From Candidatus Eiseniibacteriota bacterium (GTDB lineage: Bacteria > Eisenbacteria > RBG-16-71-46 > CAZAMP01), in the NCBI GenBank assembly GCA_965224245.1, contig OZ245046.1:4448001-4512000 (forward strand): DNA of 64,000 nt. The letters are read 5' to 3'. Below, piece by piece: positions 1 to 9,338 of this stretch. The stretch's first letter is position 1; each line of letters opens with the position of its first letter. Under the pieces are notes generated by a model. The model was given only the letters and a program-made list of their open reading frames with translations, did no database searches and was not told the DNA's origin. The position numbers and the translations under genes were made by a program.

Positions 1-34
1 TCGCCCCCCGGGGGGCGAGGTCGTTTCCGCGACG

Positions 35-1174
35 TCAGCGGCGCGCCGCCGATGCGGCGTCCGCGAGCGAGGCGTACGCCCGGCGCAGTCGCTCCGCGGC
101 GGCGTCCCAGCTCCGGGCGCGAGCGACCGCCACCCCACGGCGGACGAGCGACTCGGCGTGGGCCTCGGACTCGAGAACGGCCAGAAGCCGCTCGGCCACC
201 GCGGCCCCGGCCCCCTCCGGGTCGAACCACTCGACCGCGTCGCCCGCGATCTCCCGGTGCGGGCCGATGTCGGATGCCGCGACCGGACGGCGCCTCGCGA
301 ACGCCTCGAGCACCGTCATGCCGAAGCCCTCGTAACGCGAGGGGCACGCCACCAGCGCCGCGTGCCGGTAGGCCGACTCCAGCGCATCGTCCGTCAGCGT
401 CCCGGTGAGAACGACGCGCGAGGTCACCCCCAGCTCGGCCGCGCGCCGCGCGAGCGCCCGGCCCGTGCCGAGGTCCCGCCCCACGAGCACCAGGCGACCC
501 GGCCACCGATCGCCGATCGCGGCCAGCGCATCGATCAGGAGCACCTGGTTCTTGCGTGGCTCGAGGTGACCGACGCTGAGCACGTACGGTGTCTCGAACG
601 GCGCTCGGTCGTGCGTCGCGCCGTCGGCGTCGCGCGAGTCGCCCGCGCCCTGAGGAGCGTCGACGCCGTTCGGAACCACGTGGAGACGGTCGTCGGAGAC
701 CCCGAACAGGCGGCGCACCTCGCCGGCCGTCCACTCGGACACGGCGACGACGGCATCGGCGCGGGCGAGCGACGATCGCATGTACACGCGGTGCAAGAGC
801 TGCCGCCCCACGCTCACGTAGCGCCGATCGACCCGGTAGCGAAGGTCGTGAACGGTGAAGAGGGTCCGGACTCCCGGCAGGTGCACCACCGGGAGCGTGT
901 CGGTGACCCAGGCGCACGCGCCGACCGCGGCGACGCGCGGGCGCCACCAGCCGGCGCGGCTCTCCGCCCATCGGGCACCGAGCGAGCGCGCGTCGGCCAC
1001 GTCGTGGAACTCGGCGTTCGGAAGCAGCAGCCGGTCGGCTTCCGGCAGTCCGCGGGTCGTGAACACGGCGAAGCGAAACTCCGGCAGCCGCCGGTGGAGC
1101 TCCACGGCGCGGCGCTTGGCCCCGGTGGACGCCGCGCCGAACGGAAGCCAGTTGAGGGCGATGCGATCGTACAT
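35..1174 (-). CDS. Glycosyltransferase family 4 (GT-B, group 1)
   Basis: Motifs FTVHDL, ADAVVAVSEWT, VVPNGVD, VGHLEPRKN and PSRYEGFGMTVLEA (EX7E-type). Start re-set to ATG at 1174 (MYDRIALN); the track's extension to 2179 is antisense to the next gene. Confidence 0.9.
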   Translation of the reverse strand: MYDRIALNWLPFGAASTGAKRRAVELHRRLPEFRFAVFTTRGLPEADRLLLPNAEFHDVADARSLGARWAESRAGWWRPRVAAVGACAWVTDTLPVVHLPGVRTLFTVHDLRYRVDRRYVSVGRQLLHRVYMRSSLARADAVVAVSEWTAGEVRRLFGVSDDRLHVVPNGVDAPQGAGDSRDADGATHDRAPFETPYVLSVGHLEPRKNQVLLIDALAAIGDRWPGRLVLVGRDLGTGRALARRAAELGVTSRVVLTGTLTDDALESAYRHAALVACPSRYEGFGMTVLEAFARRRPVAASDIGPHREIAGDAVEWFDPEGAGAAVAERLLAVLESEAHAESLVRRGVAVARARSWDAAAERLRRAYASLADAASAARR

Positions 1175-1585
1175 GGAGCTTCTCTCCGACCGGCGTCGAG
1201 CGGCCTGCAATCCGTCGGAACCGCCCACGACTCCGTGAGATCGCGTCGTCCACGCGCGCGAACGCCCACCGAGGCGTCGACGAAGTCGGTCGAGCCGTCG
1301 TAATTCCCTCTCGCGCCTGTTATGCTCTCCGCGTTCGATGGTCGTCGCGTCACATCGAGATCGACGCCCGCGACGACGTCGACGAGTGGGCGGTCGCGTG
1401 AGGGACCCGCGATCGCCCACGTCGCGTTCTCCGCGCAACGCCGAGCCGACGACGCGGTCAGAGCCTCGCCGCTTCGTTCGCGAACGCCATGCTACATTCT
1501 CGGCGAACGGCAGACCAACCGCATCCGATCCGGAGTGCCGAGAGGCGCGATCGGTTCCATCCGACCCATCCGAGGTGTTCTTCCC

Positions 1586-2371
1586 GTGACGTCCCTCACC
1601 GAGCTCGCCGAGACCGTGCTCACGTCCACGTCGCTCGACGCCAAGCTGGCGACGCCTCGAGAGCTGCCTCCGGACGTCGACCGGGGCGAGCCCCGCCCCG
1701 AGCTGCGTCCGGCCCGCCCGGCGGGCCTGGAGATCGTGTCCGCGAACGAGGCCCCGGTCCCGGGGCCGGATGGCATGACCGACCCCGATCAGCGCCCGCG
1801 CATCCTGCACGCGCTCGCCAACCACGAGCTGCAGGCCACCGAGCTCTTCGCGTGGGCGCTGTGCGCGTTCCCCGGGGCGCCGGACGCATTCCGCGCCGGG
1901 CTGGCGAAGATCCTCACCGACGAGCAGCGGCACACGCGCATGTACGTGTCCCGGCTCCGCGCGCACGGCGTCGACCTCGGCACGTTTCCGGTGAGCGGAT
2001 ACTTCTGGAACAAGGTGGACGGATTCACGTCCCCGGCGGCATTCATCTGTGCGATGTCGCTGACGTTCGAGAACGCGAACCTGGATCACACGGTGGATCT
2101 CGCCGAGCTGGCCCGGCGGGCGGGCGACGAGGCCACCGCGGCCGTGATCGACAAGGTGCACGAGGACGAGATCGAGCACGTGCGCTTCGGGTGGACGTGG
2201 CTAAACGTCTTCAAGGACGAGGACGCCGACGCGTGGGACGTGTACGCGTCGCACCTCACGTGGCCGCTCCGGCCCGCGAAGGCGGTCGGCAGGCGGTTTC
2301 ATCGCGCGGGACGCGAGGCCGCCGGTCTGTCCGCCGAGTTCATCGCGCGGCTCGAGTCATCCGGGTCGTGA
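1586..2371 (+). CDS. Ferritin-like diiron protein, DUF455 family
   Basis: LHALANHELQA, DEQRH, FENANLDH and DEIEHVRFG give the ExxH pattern of a diiron four-helix bundle. GTG start at 1586 follows GAGGTG. Confidence 0.82.
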   Translation: MTSLTELAETVLTSTSLDAKLATPRELPPDVDRGEPRPELRPARPAGLEIVSANEAPVPGPDGMTDPDQRPRILHALANHELQATELFAWALCAFPGAPDAFRAGLAKILTDEQRHTRMYVSRLRAHGVDLGTFPVSGYFWNKVDGFTSPAAFICAMSLTFENANLDHTVDLAELARRAGDEATAAVIDKVHEDEIEHVRFGWTWLNVFKDEDADAWDVYASHLTWPLRPAKAVGRRFHRAGREAAGLSAEFIARLESSGS

Positions 2372-3540
2372 CGACGCCCCGGGTCGGGCCGCGCCTGATC
2401 GTCGCGAACCTGGACTGTGACGTCGCCTTCTCTCGACTCTCCGACCGCGACGCCGCCCCACGCACGCTCTCCGGCCCGGCCCGCGCCGCGGCGTCGGCGA
2501 GCGGGTCGCTGCTCAGGGCGTTCGCCGACCCCGGAGACCGGCTCCGTGTCCCGGGTCCGCTGGACCCGGCGCGACTGGTGGGGCCCCTCCCACCGGTGGC
2601 GCTCGAGTCCGGCGAGGAGGTCACCGGTGCGCCGTGCGTGCTCGCCTGGGCGATCACGCCGGACACCGCCGCGACGATCGACGCCGGCAGGGGCGCCTCC
2701 CGCCAGGAGGCGCCCGACACGGAGACGCTCCGGGGCCTGACACTCGTGGACCGGATCTGGCGCGCACCGCGGTCGGCTCCCGCGGTGGACGCGGTGGCCA
2801 ACCATCGTGCGACCGCGCTCGCGATCGCCCGCGAGCTGGACCTCGCGCTCGCCGATGCCGGCGTCGTGACGTCGCTGGCCGCGCTCGAGCGCCACCTCGG
2901 CGCCGCGCACCACACCGGCTCGTGGGTGGTCAAGGGCGCGCACTCGTCGGCCGGACGCGAGCGGGCGTGGATCCGCTCGCACCACGACGTCGCGGCGGGC
3001 TCGGGTGTGCGCGAGGCGATCGAGCGCCTGCTCGCCGGCCACGGCTCGCTGCTCGTGGAGCCCTGGCACGAACGCGTCGCGGACTACTCGGTCAACGGGC
3101 TCGTCACCGGCGAGGGATGGATCCCCAGCGGACCGGCGCGGGTCCGCGTGGATGGCCGGGGGGCGTTTCGCGGGATCGACGTCGGGGTCGCGATCCCCGA
3201 CACGATCGAGCGTGCGCTCGCGGACGCGTCGGCGGGTGCGGCACGCGCGCTGGCATCCCGCGGGTATCGCGGCCCGCTGGGGCTGGACGCGTGGACGTTC
3301 CGGGACGGGCCGACCGAGCGGCTGAACCCGATCGGAGAGCTGAACGCGCGGCTCACGTTCGGGCACGTCGCGCTGGCCGTCCGCGAGCGCCTGGCGCTCG
3401 ATGGGCGGACCCCGTGGCGGCTCGAGCTGCACCGGCGGGGGCCGGATGACGCACCACCCCCCGGATCCGTTCCGCTGCTCCGCGCCGGAGCGCCGGATCG
3501 GATCGCCGCCTGGATCGCGCCGATCGTCGACGGGAGCTGA
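2368..3540 (+). CDS. ATP-grasp-like ligase of unknown substrate
   Basis: WVVKGAHSSAGRER, LLVEPW, GYRGPLGLDAW and GELNARLTFG (ExNxR). Its GTG overlaps the upstream TGA (GTGA, 2368-2371). Confidence 0.7.
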   Translation: MTTPRVGPRLIVANLDCDVAFSRLSDRDAAPRTLSGPARAAASASGSLLRAFADPGDRLRVPGPLDPARLVGPLPPVALESGEEVTGAPCVLAWAITPDTAATIDAGRGASRQEAPDTETLRGLTLVDRIWRAPRSAPAVDAVANHRATALAIARELDLALADAGVVTSLAALERHLGAAHHTGSWVVKGAHSSAGRERAWIRSHHDVAAGSGVREAIERLLAGHGSLLVEPWHERVADYSVNGLVTGEGWIPSGPARVRVDGRGAFRGIDVGVAIPDTIERALADASAGAARALASRGYRGPLGLDAWTFRDGPTERLNPIGELNARLTFGHVALAVRERLALDGRTPWRLELHRRGPDDAPPPGSVPLLRAGAPDRIAAWIAPIVDGS

Positions 3541-3669
3541 GACGCGCGGATCGGGTCGAGGACGACTCCTGCCCGATCCCCGGCCTCGTGCGAGGCTCGG
3601 CAATCGGTCCCCGGCTGGCGTACCATGCCCGGGATCGAGACGCGACACTCGCACACGAAGGACCCACAC

Positions 3670-4920
3670 GTGAAGCCGACGACATCCGAGCCGGACACCA
3701 TCCGGACGATTCGCAGGGCCTTTCCGGCCCTCGGACACGACACGATCTTCCTCGAGAACGCCGGTGGATCGCAGGTCCCCGCCGTCGTCGTCGACGCCGT
3801 GGGCCGGCACATGGTGGAGCGGTACGTTCAGCTGGGCGCCGGGTACGGACGCTCCCGGGCCGCAACCGCCGTGGTCGACGACGCCCACGCGTTCGCGAAC
3901 ACGCTGATGAACGGCTCCGATCGCGGCCGGGTGATCCTCGGCTCGTCGACGACGTCCCTCCTCTACACGATCGCCGACGCGTACGCGCGCGCGCTCCCGC
4001 CCGGTCGCGAGATCATCCTCGCCGAGACCGGTCACGAGGCCAACGTCGGCCCGTGGCTGCGCCTGGCCGAGCACGGGCACGAGGTCCGCTGGTGGCGCGT
4101 GGATCCGGGGTCGTTCTCGTGCCCGCTGCCGGCGCTCGAGGCGCTTCTGTCACCGCGCACCGCGATCGTGGCATTCCCACACGTCTCGAATCTCCTGGGA
4201 GACATCGTCGACGTGGCCGCCATCACCGAGCTCGCCCACGAGGCGGGCGCCCGCGTGGTCGTGGACGGCGTCGCGTTCGCCCCCCATCGCGCCATCGACG
4301 TCGCGGCGTGGGACGTGGACTGGTACGCCTACTCCACGTACAAGGTCTACGGCCCGCACATGGCCGCGCTGTACGGACGGGCCGACGCGATCGACGAACT
4401 GACCGGCCCCAATCACTTCTTCATCCCCAGGGACGAGATCCCGTACAAGTTCGAGCTGGGCGGGGCGTGTCACGAGGGGTGCGCGGGCATCCTCGCGCTC
4501 GGGGCATACCTGGACGTGCTCGCCGATCTCGCATCCGAGAAGCCCGGAGGCGCCGGCGGCGCCCGCGCCCGCGTCGAGGCGGCCTTCGAGCTGATGACGC
4601 GCTGCGAGCTGCCCGTGCAGGCGCGGCTCCTGGAGTATCTGGCCACGAAGCCGGACGTCAGCGTCGTGGGTCCCTCGGCCGCTGACGCGTCGCGGGTGTC
4701 GACGATCAGCTTCCGGCACGCCCGCCGATCGTCGCGCGAGATCACCGGGCACGTCGACCGATCGGGGATCGGGATCCGGCACGGGCACATGTACGCGTAT
4801 CGGCTCTGCCAGGCGCTCGGCATCGACGTGAGCGACGGCGTGGTGCGCGTCAGCGCCGTGCACTACAACACCGTGGACGAGATCGATCGGCTGATCGAGG
4901 TGCTCGACGACGTGCTGTGA
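3670..4920 (+). CDS. Class V PLP aminotransferase / cysteine desulfurase-like protein
   Basis: FLENAGGSQVP, GHEANVGPW, VVVDGVAFAPH, SxYK PLP lysine (YSTYKVYGPH) and VRVSAVHYNT. GTG start after GAAGGA. Confidence 0.9.
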   Translation: MKPTTSEPDTIRTIRRAFPALGHDTIFLENAGGSQVPAVVVDAVGRHMVERYVQLGAGYGRSRAATAVVDDAHAFANTLMNGSDRGRVILGSSTTSLLYTIADAYARALPPGREIILAETGHEANVGPWLRLAEHGHEVRWWRVDPGSFSCPLPALEALLSPRTAIVAFPHVSNLLGDIVDVAAITELAHEAGARVVVDGVAFAPHRAIDVAAWDVDWYAYSTYKVYGPHMAALYGRADAIDELTGPNHFFIPRDEIPYKFELGGACHEGCAGILALGAYLDVLADLASEKPGGAGGARARVEAAFELMTRCELPVQARLLEYLATKPDVSVVGPSAADASRVSTISFRHARRSSREITGHVDRSGIGIRHGHMYAYRLCQALGIDVSDGVVRVSAVHYNTVDEIDRLIEVLDDVL

Positions 4921-4921
4921 G

Positions 4922-5533
4922 CTACGGACACTCCGCCAGGAAGTGCCGCTGGAACTCCACGAAGTCCGACAACGAGACGAAGTCATCGCAGTCCGCGAAG
5001 TCGAACCGCGGATCCGCCGACAGAAAGCCCATCTGGAAACGAACGAAGTCGGCGAGGCCGACCTGTCCGTCGCCATCGTTGTCGGCCGACGCGGCCGAGT
5101 CGTAACGGCCGAGATCGCAGCCGAACGACTCGATCCGGACCGCATCCGTCGTGACGCACGTGCCGCCGAGACGCGGTGAGAACACGACGACGCCGCTCGC
5201 ATCGGTGAGCGCGGTGAGGACCGTCGGCGGTAGGCCGGTCTCGCAGGAAACGAGCTCGTCGCATGCGGCCGAGAAGATCATCTCCACGGTCGCGTCGCCG
5301 AGCGGCAGCCCGTCGGATCCGAGGACGGTGACCTCGAGTGGGATCCCACCGTCGGGGCTGAAACGCATGCACAGCGGCGCGTCGACCGCCTGGGGATCCG
5401 GGCAGACGACACCCTCGGGCGGATCGTCGCAGATCTCCCAGCAGCCGGCCTGTGCCGACGGGGTGACGACTAGAGCCGCGGCCACGATGCCGATGGCGGT
5501 CGCGGCGGTGCGTCGCGGTGAGGAAGAGGGCAT
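4922..5533 (-). CDS. Small secreted Cys-rich protein with C-terminal dockerin/EF-hand-like pair
   Basis: Signal peptide ending AQA. C-terminal DNDGDGQVGLADF ... DFADCDDFVSLSDF duplicated Ca-loop. Confidence 0.65.
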   Translation of the reverse strand: MPSSSPRRTAATAIGIVAAALVVTPSAQAGCWEICDDPPEGVVCPDPQAVDAPLCMRFSPDGGIPLEVTVLGSDGLPLGDATVEMIFSAACDELVSCETGLPPTVLTALTDASGVVVFSPRLGGTCVTTDAVRIESFGCDLGRYDSAASADNDGDGQVGLADFVRFQMGFLSADPRFDFADCDDFVSLSDFVEFQRHFLAECP

Positions 5534-5671
5534 CTCGAGCCTCCCAGGGGCAGATCCGGGGTCGGGTCCGGGAGGAGGGACGGCTCGTAGTATGGATGAG
5601 AAGCCATCGCGCCACAAGACGTCGCGGCCCGATCGGTCCCGATCGGGTCGCGAGGATTCGAGCACCTCGAC

Positions 5672-7354
5672 TCAGCGCGTGAGCTGGCGGTACTTGATCC
5701 GCTTGGGGATCTCCGCCGCCGCGCCCAGCCGCTCCCGGCGATTGGCCTCGTAGGACGAGTAGTTCCCGTCGAACCAGACGGCCTCGCTGTCGCCTTCGAA
5801 CGCGAGAACGTGCGTGGCGATCCGATCCAGGAACCAGCGATCGTGGCTGATGATCAGCGCACACCCGGCGAACGACAGGAGCGCCTCCTCGAGCGCGCGC
5901 ATCGTGTTGACGTCGAGATCGTTCGTGGGCTCGTCGAGCAGGAGCACGTTGGCCCCGGCCTTCAGCATGCGCGCCAGGTGCACGCGATTGCGCTCGCCGC
6001 CGGAGAGATTGCCGACCTTCTTCTGCTGATCGGAGCCGCCGAAGTTGAAGCGCGCCACGTAGGCTCGCGAGTTCACCTCGCGCGATCCGAGCGCGATCAG
6101 GTCCTCGCCGTCGGAGATCGCCTCCCAGATCGTGTGGTCCGGATCGAGGCTGTCGCGCGACTGGTCCACGTACGCGAGCGACACCGAGTCACCGAGCGTG
6201 ATCGTGCCCCCGTCCGGCGTCTCCTGCCCGGTGATCATGCGGAAGAGCGTCGTCTTCCCGGCACCGTTGGGACCGATGATCCCCACGATGGCGCCGGCGG
6301 GAACGAGGAAGGACAGACCGCCGACCAGGAGCCGGTCGCCGTAGCCCTTCGAGACGTCGGCCGCCTCGATCACCGATTGCCCGAGCCGCGGTCCCGGGGG
6401 GATGTAGATCTCCATCTGCTCGGAGGCCGACTCGCGATCCTGGTTCAGGAGGTCCTCGTAGGCCGAGATGCGCGCCTTGGACTTGGCGTGCCGTCCGCGG
6501 GGGCTCATGCGCACCCACTCGAGCTCGCGCTCGAGCGTCTTCTGACGCTTCGTGTCGGCCTTCTCCTCGTGGCGGAGTCGCTCCTGCTTCTGCTCCAGCC
6601 AGGACGAGTAGTTGCCTTTCCACGGAATGCCGCGGCCCCGATCCAGCTCCAGGATCCATCCGGCGACGTTGTCGAGGAAGTACCGGTCGTGCGTGACCGC
6701 GATAACCGTGCCCGCGTACTCGTGCAGATGATGCTCGAGCCACGCCACCGACTCGGCGTCGAGGTGGTTCGTGGGCTCGTCCAGGAGCAGGATGTCCGGC
6801 TTCTGGAGCAGGAGCCGGCACAGCGCCACCCGGCGGCGCTCACCGCCGGAGATCACGTCACAGGTCATGTCGCCGGGGGGGCAACGCAGCGCGTCCATGG
6901 CCATGTCCAGGCGCGAGTCGAGGTCCCAGGCGTCGGCGGCGTCGATCTTCTCCTGGATCTCGCCCTGCTGCTCGATGAGCTTCATCATCTCGTCGTCGTC
7001 GAGGGGTTCGCCGAGCTTCTCGGAGATCTCGTTGAACGTCTTGACCAGATCGACGAGGTCCTGCATGCCCTCCTCGACGACCTCCCGGACCGTGCGAGTC
7101 TCGTTGGCGAGCGGCTCCTGCTCCAGCAGACCGATCGTGAAGCCCGGGGAAACGGCGGTCTCGCCGTCGAACTCGGTGTCCACGCCGGCCAGGATGCGCA
7201 GGAGCGAGCTCTTGCCCGACCCGTTCAGCCCCAGGACGCCGATCTTCGCCCCGTAGAAGTAGGACAGCGAGATGTCGCGCAGCACGGGCTTCTTGTCGTA
7301 GTACTTGCTGACGCGCATCATCGAGTAGATGACTTTTTCCGCCTCGTTGCTCAT
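5672..7354 (-). CDS. ettA: Energy-dependent translational throttle protein EttA (ABC-F)
   Basis: Two ABC domains (GLNGSGKS, GPNGAGKT, SGGERRRVALC, LLLDEPTNHLD). C-terminal KRIKYRQLTR typical of EttA. Confidence 0.95.
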   Translation of the reverse strand: MSNEAEKVIYSMMRVSKYYDKKPVLRDISLSYFYGAKIGVLGLNGSGKSSLLRILAGVDTEFDGETAVSPGFTIGLLEQEPLANETRTVREVVEEGMQDLVDLVKTFNEISEKLGEPLDDDEMMKLIEQQGEIQEKIDAADAWDLDSRLDMAMDALRCPPGDMTCDVISGGERRRVALCRLLLQKPDILLLDEPTNHLDAESVAWLEHHLHEYAGTVIAVTHDRYFLDNVAGWILELDRGRGIPWKGNYSSWLEQKQERLRHEEKADTKRQKTLERELEWVRMSPRGRHAKSKARISAYEDLLNQDRESASEQMEIYIPPGPRLGQSVIEAADVSKGYGDRLLVGGLSFLVPAGAIVGIIGPNGAGKTTLFRMITGQETPDGGTITLGDSVSLAYVDQSRDSLDPDHTIWEAISDGEDLIALGSREVNSRAYVARFNFGGSDQQKKVGNLSGGERNRVHLARMLKAGANVLLLDEPTNDLDVNTMRALEEALLSFAGCALIISHDRWFLDRIATHVLAFEGDSEAVWFDGNYSSYEANRRERLGAAAEIPKRIKYRQLTR

Positions 7355-7401
7355 CGACACTCGTTCCTGTTGCGGGCTCGCGGCTCTCGCCGCGGCGTCC
7401 T

Positions 7402-7683
7402 TCAGTCCTGGCGGCTCTGCACTTCGATCAGGTGGTAGCCGAACTGCGTCTGGATCGGGCCCTGCACCTCTCCGACCGGCGCGGTGAACACGACGTCCTC
7501 GAACTCCTTGACCATCTGACCCTTTCCGAACTCGCCGAGGTTTCCGCCGTTGCGGCCGGACGGACAGTTGGAGTGCTCGCGTGCCACCTCGGCGAAGTCG
7601 GCGCCTCCCTCGATGCGGGTCTTGAGCTCCATGCAGGAGGCTTCGGTGTCGACGAGTATGTGCCGTGCGCTGGCGCGTGACAT
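7402..7683 (-). CDS. ppiC: Parvulin-type peptidyl-prolyl isomerase PpiC
   Basis: ASARHILV, FAEVAREHSNCPSG, GQMVKEFE, TQFGYHLI; 93 aa. Confidence 0.93.
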   Translation of the reverse strand: MSRASARHILVDTEASCMELKTRIEGGADFAEVAREHSNCPSGRNGGNLGEFGKGQMVKEFEDVVFTAPVGEVQGPIQTQFGYHLIEVQSRQD

Positions 7684-7709
7684 GACGGTTCCTTTGCTTG
7701 AGGATCGGG

Positions 7710-7741
7710 GAAAGACGGACGCCCTCGACGGGCGCCCGGTC
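7710..7741 (-). terminator. Probable intrinsic terminator after the histone gene
   Basis: On the minus strand CGGGCGCCC-GTCGA-GGGCGTCCG (one G-U pair) is followed by TCTTTCC, about 15 nt after the histone stop. Confidence 0.55.
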
Positions 7742-7755
7742 GCTCGTCTGCGGCG

Positions 7756-7959
7756 CTACGCGGTGAAGTCGCGATCCTTGACCGTCTTTCGGCCGTCCGC
7801 GCGCGCGTTCTCGATCGCGTCGTCGCAGAGCCGGCGAATGCGATCGGACAGGACCGCCGCCACGCCGTCGGACGTCTTCATGCCCGACCTGGCGCGAATG
7901 TACTTCTTCAGCTTCGACACGACGACCAGGACCTCATCCATGGCGACTTCGTCTGACAT
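7756..7959 (-). CDS. Bacterial histone-fold protein (Bd0055/HBb-like singlet)
   Basis: EVLVVVSKLKKYIRARSGMKTSDGVAAVLSDRIRRLCDDAIENARADGRKTVKDRDF: alpha1-L1-alpha2-L2 with the RKTVxxxD motif and a truncated alpha3. GGAGG RBS upstream. Confidence 0.88.
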   Translation of the reverse strand: MSDEVAMDEVLVVVSKLKKYIRARSGMKTSDGVAAVLSDRIRRLCDDAIENARADGRKTVKDRDFTA

Positions 7960-8028
7960 GATTGCCTCCGGCTGCGACCCATCGGCCCGCGCGGCGACCC
8001 CCGCCGCGCGACGATCCGTCCGTGAACT

Positions 8029-8313
8029 CTAGAGAACCGAGTCTATCTCGCGCGCGAGCGCGAAGTCTCGCTCGGAGATGCCCGCCACGTCGTGCGTGTT
8101 CAGGTCGATCACGACGCGATTGTAGACGTTGAACCACTCCGGATGGTGGCCCGCGCGCTCGGCCAGGATCGCGACGCGGGTCATGAAGCCGAAGGCGCCG
8201 ACGAAGTCCGCCATCTGGAACTCACGGTGGAGCTTCCCCCCGGTGAGCGTCCAGTCGGGAACATGGCTCATGCGTTCGCGGATCTCGTCGTCGCTGAGCT
8301 TGCGTAACGCCAT
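8029..8313 (-). CDS. phhB: Pterin-4-alpha-carbinolamine dehydratase
   Basis: AFGFMTRVA, HHPEWFNVYNRV, THDVAGISERDFALA. Confidence 0.93.
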   Translation of the reverse strand: MALRKLSDDEIRERMSHVPDWTLTGGKLHREFQMADFVGAFGFMTRVAILAERAGHHPEWFNVYNRVVIDLNTHDVAGISERDFALAREIDSVL

Positions 8314-8557
8314 GCCGGCGGTCTCCTCCATCCAGACGGGTCCGGTCTCACCCTCGGGGCACCACGACCGCGTGGGCCGCGTGCGTCACCGCGGAGTCGG
8401 CATCATACGCGCGAACCGGTCGCCGGGGCGAACCTGCATTGCGGGTTTTCCGGACGCTGCCAGCGCGCTACGCTCCCGTTGCGCACCGGGGCGCGAAACG
8501 CTGGGGGCCCCGTCGCGAGGCTCGCCGTGGCCGGCCAACCCGAAAGGACCCGCGCTC

Positions 8558-9049
8558 TTGGACGTGACCACCCGTCTCCGACGTCGGATCCACTACCACA
8601 TCTGGGCCAACCGCGTCGTCGGCGGCGCGCTCGTCGAGGACGCACCCGACGAGGCCGACCCGGCGCGCGTGCCCGAGCCGGCGATCCGCTGGTTCGCACA
8701 TCTGGTCGCGTGCGACGACCTGTGGCTGTCCAGAATGGCCCAGATCCCCTTCGGATGGGAGGTTTGGCCCGAGGATCCGCTGCCCGTCGTGCTCGAGCGG
8801 CTCGACGCCACCGTCGCGCGCTGGCACCCGCTGCTCGCCGCTCTGAACACCGACATGCTGGACAGGTCGGTCCCGTACGTCAACACCCCGGGGCAACGCT
8901 TCGAGAATCGCGTCGCCGACATCCTCGAGCACGTCGTGATCCACGGGAGCCACCATCGGGGTCAGATCGCGGCGAGTCTGCGCGCGAGCGGACGCGTTCC
9001 ACCCACCATCGACTTCATCCACGCGGTCCGGCAGGGACTGATCCCGTGA
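8558..9049 (+). CDS. DinB/YfiT family metal-dependent protein
   Basis: YHIWANR, HLVACDDLWLSR, HVVIHGSHHRGQ. TTG start after AAGGA. Confidence 0.85.
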   Translation: MDVTTRLRRRIHYHIWANRVVGGALVEDAPDEADPARVPEPAIRWFAHLVACDDLWLSRMAQIPFGWEVWPEDPLPVVLERLDATVARWHPLLAALNTDMLDRSVPYVNTPGQRFENRVADILEHVVIHGSHHRGQIAASLRASGRVPPTIDFIHAVRQGLIP

Positions 9050-9338
9050 GCAGGTGCATCGAAGCCGGTAAGAAGATGGCGTTTGGTTGTTTACGAGCCT
9101 CGGGAGGTTTCCCGGTTCCGTCCGCGGTCGGCGCGGGTCGACGGCGCCCAGGACGTTCGCCGATGCCGCGCGAGCCCGCCGACCGCGTGGCCGGCACTCG
9201 ATCCCGCCCGGTCGGAATCCCGACCGTGTCTCGTGGCATCCAAATCGAACAGATGTCTCGGCGGCGACCCTCGTGTGTCCCGCCACGCGGTACCGCCTCG
9301 GGTTATCGAGGAATCGCGCCCAAACGAAAGGTGACGAC

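Noticed and set aside
1175-2179. N-terminal 335-aa extension of the GT4 ORF in the track
   Set aside because: It is antisense to the DUF455 gene and Arg/Gly-rich; GT4 homology starts at MYDRIALN (1174).
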